From positions 1-56,601 of the forward strand of contig KE560757.1 in NCBI GenBank assembly GCA_000442015.1: DNA of 56,601 nt, read 5' to 3'. A program made the translations under genes and the position numbers. Positions 13,252 through 23,825 of this stretch are shown here, in pieces. The stretch comes from Rozella allomycis CSF55. Lineage: Eukaryota. The stretch's first letter is position 1, and each line of letters begins with the position of its first letter. The notes beneath the pieces were generated by a model. It did no database searches. It was not told where the DNA came from and saw only the letters and a list, made by a program, of their open reading frames with translations.

Positions 13252-13610
13252 TTATTTATTGGCTGCAATCTTCTGTTCTTCTTGTATAGATAAATACGTA
13301 GAATCAATTTGAACGTATGGTGTCAACTAAACTTATTCGTGAAATGAAATAGAACCTTAAAGTCTTTTAGGTCTGGAGTTATGAAACATCTTATTTTCCT
13401 TGGGTCAGGCAAAAAAGATCCTTTATAGGGAAGGAAAGGAATCACTTACCATTTAACTTCCATCCCTGAGAACCACCACCAGTACCTTATTAATTTGGAG
13501 TTGAAAAAGTTACCTCTCATCCAGCCGTGGGGTAATTCTTTTGTGTCTACTTGGCCTCTATAATAATCCCTTGCTTTGCGACATAAAGAACGTAAAATTG
13601 AATTCCGCAT
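13252..13610 (-). CDS. Mitochondrial ribosomal protein mL41 (yeast MRPL27 family; absent from ORF track)
   Basis: Three 28-29 nt introns give '...GWMRGTGGGSQGWKLNGSFLPDPRKIRCFITPDLKDFKLTPYV', matching the mL41 'K-R-F/Y-PDL-FKL-PYV' motif. Confidence 0.8.
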
Positions 13611-13656
13611 TCCAAATAAAGAAGTGGCGAAGTATTTTTATTATATTGTGATTCGT

Positions 13657-16190
13657 TCAAACTTTGTCTTCGCTTGCATAAGCCATTAAACTTTTATCTG
13701 AACTAAAAGCAAGATCAATGTATTTAGCCAAGATGTACCTATTTTTAAGTTCTCTTCGATCTGCCGGGCTAGGCTTTGTGCAAGGAGGCAAGGTACCTTC
13801 ATAAATAGAATTGAAACGCGTGTTGCCCATTGATTTCATGTATTGAATAACACTGGGAGTCCAGCTTTGAGTATCAAGAGTAAAGGATCGAACTTTAGAT
13901 ATGTGAGAGCCTAGAGAGCGATGTATTCCTGAGCATTCTAATCGATGTTGTGAAATATAATTTAATACCTATACATAAAAGGATGCCAAGATTAATTGAA
14001 GCCCAATCAGGATTTTTCGCTCCGCAGTCTGCACAGATTAGATTTCCTTGATCGATATCACGTAGTTCTTGTAAAATATTATCCAAAGGCGTGATTTGAA
14101 GATTTTCAATATTAAGATGATTTAATTCGTGGTTGCTGTTCGCTAAGTGGGCTAAATTGTCTTGCGAACTGGTCCCATTAAGGAGTGATTCGATCGCATT
14201 TGAGATTACATGTATCCAAGAAAGCATTTCCTCTTGTGACGTAGCTTGAAAGACTCTTTTGAACTGTGGAGATATCAGTTCAAAGCAGAATCTTCTCTCT
14301 GTATTTCTTGCTTCTCTAACAGTGCTGAAACGAAGATCGTAGCTTGTATGGATTCGCATGTTTTCTTTCCAATTGGTGTATTCTTGTAATTGACCTCCAG
14401 AAACGACGCACCATAATTTCTTCCAGTGACCGGTAGTTCCAGGGGGTCCATTTCGGAAAATATAAAGGAAACCTTCCTTCCTTCTACCTTGATTAGTGAC
14501 TTCATTGTGATCGTGATACTCTAAATCTCTAAATCCTTTAAACTTGTTTTCTTCCTCGTCAAAAACGTTTTCAATATTGTGGCTAGGGGTCAGGGGTGAT
14601 GCTATTCCATTCGTTAAAATTCTCGTTTCCAATAGCTTTCTCTTTTCTTCTCTTTCTTTAAGTTGATGGACCATATTTTTTGTATTTTCGTCAACATGTT
14701 TTGTTAATGTCTGCAAATCTTGTTCAAGATCTTTGAAAATAATTGAGCAGCGATGATGGAATTGCGCCTTCTTTTCTTCAAATGCAGAAATGTAATACAA
14801 AATTTCTTGTTCTTTCCTTCCATGTAAATCTTGCATGTAAGAAAAATATTCAAAGCGTTTTAAATCAAAGCTTGACTTTTTATTGTGATATTTTTGATCA
14901 TAAGCTGATCGTTTCTTGTCTTCACTTTTCATTGAAAGATATTTTGAGAGAAAAGAGTAATATTCGTCTGATTCTTGCTGATAATCTTTTCTTTTCGGAT
15001 CAGCATTTTTTATGTCAGCCTCATATAGCCGTTTAAGAGGATCTAACAATAAAGCTTGCATTTGATTAAAATAATTCCTTCTAATTTCACCATATTTCTG
15101 ATTGTATTTCAATAAATAAGAATGAGCTTCTACTAAACTTGACATTTGACCTATCGCATCAATAAAGACGATTTCGGCTTCATCAAATTGCCTTCCAATA
15201 TCAATCATCGATTGCAATGATTTTATAATCCTTTTCATGTTTTGTTTTAAAGCAGAGGTTCTTTTTTCCATTTGTTGTACCGTGGCTCTAAAAACCGGTC
15301 CATCATCAAATTCTGCGTCTTCAACCGCTTGTTTTCTTTCCGCGACTTCGATATTTTGTTTTGAAAAAGATTCTTCTAAATGAAACACCATAAAATTATG
15401 GATTACCTNATCCTCAACCGCCTGTTTTCTTTCTGCAACTTCGTTATTTTGTTTTGAAAATGATTCTTCTAAACGAAATACCATAAAATTATGGATTACC
15501 TCTTGAATGACCTGTAATGTCATCCACCAATTGAAGATTATCAATCGAAGCACCTAGCTCGGAATCGGATTCATCGCGTAAATTTATTGCATCTTTAAGC
15601 CTGCAACTACCTGTAAAAAACATAAACGTAGACAAAGGCTCATATTCGTTTGTTTCTTCGTTAAAGTGCAGAAAAGTACACACATTAGTATTGGACCTAT
15701 CAAGAGGCGAATACATCCAATTCCATTCGAAGCTTTCATCATTATTTATGGAAACTACTTTTGAATAATCCAATTTTGAAAAATCATTAGGATCACTTAA
15801 TAAAATAGTGTGATCGGAATCAATGAGCTATAAAACAAGGAATATCAAATTACATCGATCTTTCTATTATGACAAGTATATAACAAGTCGTGTAATTGAT
15901 CGCCTGAAACAGTGTGAACAAACATCAACTTTTTTATACCCTTATCTTTCCTGAACTTGACTTTAATGCTTAAATTGTTATCGGGTATTTCAATAAATTG
16001 GTTTTGGTAAATTGAAATTGTTGGCATCGCTTCACAGTCAACAATTCTAAATGATAAAGGTGATACATCCAGAGTGTGCTTCTGGTCATTAAATACACTA
16101 ATCAAATTAATAGAGACTATAAAATGTTATAAAAGGTACTAAATTACATCTTTCAGAGGAATCAAGAACAAATAGAGATGCAATATTCAT
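13657..16190 (-). CDS. BAR-PH-ArfGAP protein (ACAP/centaurin-beta, Age1-like)
   Basis: BAR 'DDGPVFRA', PH 'RRKEGFL...ERRFCFEL', ArfGAP zinc finger 'CADCGAKNPDWASINLGILLCI|ECSGIHRSLG'. Introns of 26-31 nt. N-flanked duplication at 15409. Confidence 0.9.
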
Positions 16191-16238
16191 GTGCTGTGGC
16201 TCAGTTGCGAGAAATGAAATTCCATTAAATATATTTAT

Positions 16239-17714
16239 TTATTCGATTACCAATTCAGGCAAAGGAGGGATCTCAGGATATACCATTGGTTCGTCTTTGT
16301 TCTTTGAATCCATTATTTGTTGGGTTCCAACCACCCCGAGTGCAAACGTTCCGGTTGAATATGCTGCTATTCTTCCATATCTTTTCCACAATGACTTTTT
16401 GTTAGATCCTCCATCTGTTACTTGTCCGTCAGAGGAATGGCCTTGGCCGGGTGTACCTGCATCTGGAGTTTGAGTACCTTGATTGGCAACAGATGGTGCT
16501 TGAGAATCAGAGATTTCACTATGAGGATATGAGGGTCCAAAGCCTTGTGGTGCTGGCGCGTCGGCTGTATGGTGTACTCCACCGTTAGGCTGGTCCACAA
16601 AATGAGGATAATTTGGTCCAACTCCCTGGTCGTGATTTTGCAAAGGTGCTCCATTTTGTTGATTCATTTGATGTTGTTCAAATTGAGGTCTTTGCGTTGT
16701 TTGCACGTGAGTTGATTGAGGCATTTGAGCATGTTCTCCATTCATGTTTGCTGATGCTTGATGAGGCGGTACAATCTGCTGAGTGAATACAGCTTGGCCT
16801 TGATGGTTAGGTCTTGCTGCTGGAAGAACTGTTTGCGTTACTCCTGCAAGCGGTGCTGCAACGTGATCTCCGTTATCAGAGCCAGCATAAAAATCGTGCA
16901 TGTCAACCACCGAAGAAGCATCATCTCGGACTTCAGGTTTCTTTGCTGGTCCATTCGTAGTATCTTTCACAAGTTTAGCCTTTTCAACGGATCTGTTCAA
17001 CTCATTCGTGAATTTCTTGTGTTCAGTAGACCAAACCATGTCGGACCAGGTTTTGCCAGTAGATTTTCTTTTTGTAGCGATTTCTTCCAGAATGCGGTAT
17101 TGCTCGATTTTCTCTTGCAGTTTCAATTTTTGATCTTCATTTGTTGTCTTACTCTTGTCCGCTAGAGCAGCTTCTGTCTCGGTCTTTTTGGTAGCCATCA
17201 GATCTTTGAATGCGAGTACCTTTTCTTCGTCAGTCTTTGCATCACGTAATTTCTTGTATGCTGCATTTCTTTCTTGTGACATTTGCTCTAATTTATCATT
17301 CTTGAAAGTTTTAGAGCCTTTGGTGTCTTGTTTGAGAACATTGTATCCATGTTCCTTTTGAGCATCTTTAATATGCCACTGAAGGGAATCGTGTAAACTC
17401 TTTTGATCGTCAGCAGATAATTTATCGTAACGGCCCAAGTTTTCTAAAAGTCTTTCCTCGTGGATCGGCAATTCATGGCCTGCAACTTGGCCCTGTTTCT
17501 TTTCGTGTACTCTGCTCTTAAGATAGTCTGAAAACAGTTTCGTGTGTTTGCCGTTTTCGCCGATACTTGCCTTGTGCACTTGAAATTTTGACACTGGGGT
17601 GCGACTGTTTCGCATGAGACCGGATATCAATGCCTGATTTGGAGTTGGTGTGTTCGTGAGAGGATATGCTGTTGCATAAACTGCTATGAGGGTTATATGT
17701 AATAAATAATTCAT
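16239..17714 (-). CDS. Orphan secreted or membrane protein with K/E-rich helical region and Q/P/H/G-rich linker
   Basis: 491-aa intronless ORF with signal peptide 'MNYLLHITLIAVYATA' and a hydrophobic segment near the C-terminus. No recognised domain. Confidence 0.75.
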   Translation of the reverse strand: MNYLLHITLIAVYATAYPLTNTPTPNQALISGLMRNSRTPVSKFQVHKASIGENGKHTKLFSDYLKSRVHEKKQGQVAGHELPIHEERLLENLGRYDKLSADDQKSLHDSLQWHIKDAQKEHGYNVLKQDTKGSKTFKNDKLEQMSQERNAAYKKLRDAKTDEEKVLAFKDLMATKKTETEAALADKSKTTNEDQKLKLQEKIEQYRILEEIATKRKSTGKTWSDMVWSTEHKKFTNELNRSVEKAKLVKDTTNGPAKKPEVRDDASSVVDMHDFYAGSDNGDHVAAPLAGVTQTVLPAARPNHQGQAVFTQQIVPPHQASANMNGEHAQMPQSTHVQTTQRPQFEQHQMNQQNGAPLQNHDQGVGPNYPHFVDQPNGGVHHTADAPAPQGFGPSYPHSEISDSQAPSVANQGTQTPDAGTPGQGHSSDGQVTDGGSNKKSLWKRYGRIAAYSTGTFALGVVGTQQIMDSKNKDEPMVYPEIPPLPELVIE

Positions 17715-17906
17715 GGTGTTTCATATGAAATAGGGGTTTATATAACTTGGGGGTTCTAAAAATAGATATGAAACTGATGTGTGATTGGTTCAAAATAGCG
17801 CGTACAGAAATAGATTACGAAACTTATTTACTTTGAAGTATATTTTGCGATTATAAATAAATACATTATACTACTGTTAAAATAAAGAATTCAAATAGCA
17901 ATTTAT

Positions 17907-20900
17907 TTAAAAATCATCGTTATCTTCATTGATATCTTCTAATTTCATATTTTCCATATCAAGATCTTCTAAAAAGTCATCTCTTGTACCGGTAGTATTC
18001 ACTTCAAGACTCATGTTATCAGATCTGCCGTCAGTGCTTTTCTACATTAAAGAAATGTAACAGTGGTACTAGATCATCTTGGTATCTTTGAACAGAAACA
18101 TTTGAAGAAAATTTGACGGTTGAAATGGAAGGAAAAGTATTTGACGCAGCAGCTAAATTAGTGGAGATGGAATGGAATACCTTGATGGATATCTGAATTA
18201 AGAATTGATTGATAATTTTGCAAGTGGTGCCCAGAGAGAGTAGAAAACCTTTGAGAATTAATCCAAGATTCAGCATTTAGAGAAGTTTGAAGATGAGGAA
18301 ATTGATCAGGATTTGATTGAGGGTCCATGATGCGGTTGGCAATCTTTTTGGGTAAGCTTGATTTCCATTTGGAAAAGACAAGAGATAATTTTCTAAGTTA
18401 AACAAAATCATAATAAATACAAGGGACAATAAGATTGGGAATAAACGACGGCTTCACTGAATCTCTGAGACTTGACTAGAAGATTGATAATTTTGTCGTG
18501 GTTGTGGGTTAGAAAGTAGGCATTAAAAGCAATGTTATCTTGATTCAATTCTTCAGCTGTTTGAGCTAAGCGTAAAAGACCATTTGAATCACCAGATGCT
18601 TGATAAAGAATTAAAAGAGTTGAAAAGTCATTTGATTTCCATAAAGCTTTTTCAGCCAATTCAAAATTCCAGTCAGATAGAGCAGCGTCAGCTAGTTGAC
18701 GCCATTTGGAATCATTTGAAGGATCTTTTTCAGCCAATTCAAAAGCAACTTGTAGTTTATTTAATTGTATGGAAAGATTAAAACAATGTTCTTCATCATT
18801 TGAAATTTCTAAAGCTTTTTCTTTCAATCCCTGCTTTTCCAAGAAATGAGCTAAAATATTTTTATCAGATTGAGAAATTGAAGGTAATAAAGAAAATGCA
18901 GAATTTAATTCATTTCTAAGAATAAAAGATTTAAATGAAATAATATTTAAAGATAAAGAATAAGAAATTAAGTTTAAATCCTTGTCAGCTAAATATAATC
19001 TAGCATCCTTAGCCACATAACCCAAAATGAAAAATGGTGAATCAAACATTGAAATTGTAGAAACTTCATTTCCAACTGCATACGCCAATTTATTAGAATT
19101 TGTTGTAAAAATAAAACAATCTCCATTCCAACAGCCAGTCTTTACACTCTCATTCACTTCACAAATAAATTCAAATGATTCTTCAATCCCATCTTCTGAA
19201 ATTTCAGAATCTATTTTTAGTTTATATTCTTCAACATTCAACTTCAACACATAAAATGATTCTTCAGAAACAATAGTCAACAATTCATTATTATCACTCC
19301 AATAAACATTCTTTGCCGTAATATCAATTCTTCTTATCAATTTACATGTTTCCCAATCATAGAAACAAAGAAAATTAGAAGACTTCACTCCCAACAATAC
19401 TCCACCAAATAACCCTTCAGCTGAAAATGGAATCTTTAAAATCTCCTTCTCTTTAAATGATTTAAATATTTTAACAATCGACGTTGACTCTCTAATGGCA
19501 TACTCATTCGAATCCAATGACCAAACAAATTCCAACGCTGTTCCATAACTTTTATTTCTCCATGCTAAAGACGTATAAATTGTATATTCTCCATCTCCAC
19601 AAACTACAACAAACCTTCCATTTGGACTATGCTGAAGATTTTGTGCATACACTTCACTGTTACCCATCTCCTTTACATTCAAATTCAATCTCTCTCCATC
19701 TTTAATCTCTTCCACATTCTTCACATTCGCTGACATGATTTCATTATTCTTTGCCCACACAATCTTCCCACTGGAATCCATACTCATAGTTGGCTCTTCC
19801 TTTCCTATCTTTATAACAACAGTCCCCTCATCATATCCAAATCCCATAACATTCATCCCCTTCAAATAACACAAACTCCATCCCCTCTCAAACGAATAAT
19901 TCAACGTATTCTCCAATCGAAACGTCCCAGAGTTCCACATCCTAATCGTCCCATCCTCTCCAGCTGATATTATCAACGGCAAATCAGGATGAAAACAAAC
20001 TGCAGACACATTGTTACTATGCGCACTCAACGTCTGCAAACAACACTTGTTCTGATAATCCCACACTTTCACAGTTCTTTCACTCCTTTAAAATCATCTT
20101 ACTTGTCATCAGATCCAGACACCAAATACGGCTTATCGCCCCCATNCTATGCGCACTCAACGTCTGCAAACAACATTTGTTCTGATAATCCCACACTTTC
20201 ACAGTTCTTTCAATCTAATCAAATAATCTTACTTGTCATCAGATCCAGACACCAAATACGGCTTATCGCCCCCATGATAAAATTCAACACTATTCACACC
20301 CTTGCTATGACCTTCAAGCGTAAAATTAGGCACACTGGAATTCAAACTCCAAACTTTAATCGTCTTATCCAACGATGCAGTTGCAAATATATTCCCATCC
20401 TTGGGACTAAACACCACACTCATCACATAATGCGTATGTCCTTCAAAAGTCTATCTCTCAATCCACCGTTTCTTACCATAATACTCTTAAATCCCTTCTC
20501 CCAGTCCCACAGTCTCACAGTCATATCATCAGAACTAGACAAAATAAACGGCTTCTCCGCATGCACAGCCAAACACCTCAAATAATCCGTATGCCCTTCC
20601 ATCGTCGCAACCTTTTCATACGTATTATAGTTAATAATCCTTATCAACATATCATCAGACCCAATAACAATCCAATTCTTTCGCGTAATCCATCTCACTG
20701 CCCTAACTACCTTCAACACCACTATATTTTCTCACCTGGTGCATCAGTAACCTCAAACGTCTTTATTACGTTGGAAGTGTTGTAGTCTATTATCATCACC
20801 TGGCCATTATACATTCCTGCCAAAATCCATGGCTCGGTAGGATGAAACTCTACACTCTTGACACGTGATGAACGCTGTGATAATAGTTTCTGTTTTTATG

Positions 20901-20941
20901 CAAATTGTGCTGCTTACCTTTATATCTAGTCGCAATCCCAT
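17907..20941 (-). CDS. SEC27: Coatomer beta' subunit
   Basis: '[29 protein letters not shown]', WD40 repeats, '[16 protein letters not shown]'. Introns of 26-29 nt. N-flanked duplication at 20146. Confidence 0.96.
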
Positions 20942-21202
20942 GATAGAATATCGCCAAGCCACGCCAGCTCATTAATTCATTGTAAAGAGATGAAAAGAAT
21001 TAAAAACTAAAGGTTTATTTAAACATTTTATCATTATTTCATTGTTTTATATTCAAATGTAAAAATACTACGTTTCTCAAAAATATTAGATGTTGTTTTT
21101 TACAAACACTAAAAAGATATAATTACAAAAAAGAATTCATATATTCACATAAAATAGCTAAAATTTCTATTTACAATCTGCAATTAATCTTCCGATATAG
21201 AA

Positions 21203-21586
21203 ATGCCAAATTCTACTTCAGATTCAGAAGAAACATTCATGGAAATAGGTACAAAACCCTCTTATCAACTCGCACGAAAAACTTATGAACACGCATTCGA
21301 CGCAAATCAAAGCACAACCAAAACAGTATACATTCACGGCATCTCCCAAACAGCCCGCCCTTCCACATACATCGAAACCACAAATCCAGCAGCCTCACAA
21401 ATTCAACTCACATATTCTTCAAAAACATTAATTGGCAATTGGCAGGAAAACAGGGTGCAGGAAATGCTTCCACGTTACAACTCGCAAATAAAGAACCAGG
21501 ACTACTATAAAAACGCAGTCAGGCCCAAAGACTACTCTCTTAGCTTGAAAAACTATAATCTCTCCTCCAGCTTAAGCGAAAAATAA
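21203..21586 (+). CDS. Small protein with ciliary microtubule-inner-protein-like GNW motif
   Basis: 'YSSKTLIGNWQENRVQ' resembles the LIGNWxE motif of CFAP68/CFAP95/CFAP107/CFAP161-type proteins. Confidence 0.5.
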   Translation: MPNSTSDSEETFMEIGTKPSYQLARKTYEHAFDANQSTTKTVYIHGISQTARPSTYIETTNPAASQIQLTYSSKTLIGNWQENRVQEMLPRYNSQIKNQDYYKNAVRPKDYSLSLKNYNLSSSLSEK

Positions 21587-21661
21587 ATCATTATTGAAAT
21601 TTCTGAATTTTCTTGGTGAAAATTTCTTCTTCAGACCCTTGTCCAACTTGCACCGTAACTC

Positions 21662-21957
21662 ATGCAAAACAGCGAAGAAAGAATTGTTATTGGAGATCTT
21701 TACACCCCACACAAGTGGTACTTTTTTCCTTTTAATTTTGATATAGTGATGCCACCAACCGTTTGATCACCCCAAAAGATCATGCTTCTATCCAATTGAA
21801 TGTCGTTGATGTTGACGAAAATGGAGTCATGACTAAAACTTACAAGACCTATGCTCTTTCTGGATTCGTTCGCGCTCTTGGAGAAAGTGATGACTGTATC
21901 AACAGACTTGCTACTAGAGACGGATACCTCAAAAATGTCTGGTCTTATCAAAAATAA
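21662..21957 (+). CDS. RPS21: 40S ribosomal protein S21 (eS21)
   Basis: '[36 protein letters not shown]...[11 protein letters not shown]'. One 29-nt intron. Confidence 0.96.
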
Positions 21958-22012
21958 GCATAAGCAAATAAATTGCTTTAATTAAATCTAAGAAATTGTT
22001 TTATGAAATGTT

Positions 22013-23255
22013 TTATTGACGGAAAGTAGTTTCCATACATTTTAACACTGCTTTTAGAAATTCATCAGTGTGTCCTTTTCCACCAAGATCAGGAGTTCGA
22101 ATCTATCAAATTATTTTAATAATTTTACGTCAGTGGTTTTATATACCATATATATGGCCCTGGATAATTTGATTGCTTGATCTTCAAGGCCAAGGTGTTT
22201 AAGCATAAAGCAAGCACTTAGTAGGAAAGATGTTGGATTTGCTGAATTCAGATCAACGTGATGACCGACATGTCTTGCACCCTTTTTATAATATCGTCTT
22301 CAATTTACTGGTTCAAACATGGCATACTCAGTGCCAATGTTGCAACCCGGAATAAGACCTGGACCACCAACTAGGCCAGCGCCAATGTTACTAAGAATGG
22401 AGCCATAAAGATTGGGCATGACAAGAACGTCAAATTGTTGAGGTTTGCTCACCAGCTAAATTTAATTGTAAAACCATCTGGTACCTGCATTGAAGCGTTG
22501 TCGACAATCATTTCATCATAAATTATGCCACTGGATTTGTACTCTTCAGCGACTTTCTTAAAAGTGTTGAGAAACAGTCCATCACCCAATTTCATAATAT
22601 TGGCCTTATGAATGCATGTAACCCTCTTTCTGTTATTTCTTGCTGCGTAATCAAATGCAAATCTAACTATTCTCTCACATTTCGGCGCTGTCATCACTTT
22701 AAGGGATTCGACAACCCCGGGATATGATTGATGCTCCAATCCCGAATATTCCCCTTCAGTATTTTCTCTAATTATGGTAAAGTTAACATTATGGTGTCTT
22801 GTCTCAATACCAGGGATATTTTGGACGAAAGCCATTCCAGCATAGAGATCCAGGTTTTTCCGTAACAAAACATTCAATGACGTTGGTTTTCCCAACTCCG
22901 TTGAGGTGTGAATAATACCTTTTTAACAGTAGAAACTTATAATACCTTTCAAACACACTTTTGTTCTTTTAATTGATTCAAGGGCAGCTTTGAACGTTCC
23001 TTCGTCTGATTTATAACCAGATACATTAACCTCTTCCCAATCAATAGGCAAATTGGCAGATTTGAATATCGGTTTAACAGTATTGCATAATTCTTGACCT
23101 ATTCCGTCCCCGGGTATCAATGTCACCGTAAATCGCCCTCCATATGACAATCCGCTAGTTTTTAAAGGGGACTAGTAATCAATGTTTATAGCACATACCT
23201 GAAATTTGTTGTGAGCAACAACAGTTCCATATGATTTCCTTATTATTCTCTGCAT
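22013..23255 (-). CDS. IDH1: NAD-dependent isocitrate dehydrogenase subunit 1
   Basis: '[16 protein letters not shown]', '[24 protein letters not shown]', '[13 protein letters not shown]'. Five 26-29 nt introns. Confidence 0.92.
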
Positions 23256-23447
23256 CAAAGAAGTTGAACCAGGGTGTATAGGTGATATTTGTGAAAACAA
23301 AGTAATAGGAGAGATTATATAAAACTATTCAAAAATAATCAAAATTATCGTATATTGCACGTAATTAGTCTGTAGTCATAAACTCTTAAATGAAATTTCA
23401 TGAATCATGATATTTTTTATTGAATAAAGGCTGAAGATACTTCTTAT

Positions 23448-23789
23448 TCATTTTAATTTTACAGGAATATCAAATTTTGACGAAGGGACCAAAGTACAAG
23501 GCTTGGAGTAAACATCCGAAGGAAATTGAGGCGAAAGAAATGCAGATGTAGACGTATACTTGTTTTTGCTGTGAGAAATGTCGGGCTTTTCTTCTTATAT
23601 TACATGATAGTTCAACTTACCTTCAGTCATAACTAAAAATGGGTGCGAATGAAATGGTTGGCAGTTATATCGATGTGAAAGAGCGGACACCACCGTCGAT
23701 TCATTCTTTACTAGAATCTCTAACTCCTTTTTTGTTCTTCGAGAAAGATCGGGTTTTGTGCAAGCGTAACTTTCGTACAATGTGAACAT
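23448..23789 (-). CDS. Hypothetical small protein
   Basis: ATG-initiated frame that stays open across a 27-nt GT-AG intron. No recognised homology. Confidence 0.5.
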
Positions 23790-23825
23790 GGAAAAATCTC
23801 AAAGTGAGGGAAGTTAAGTATTTAT

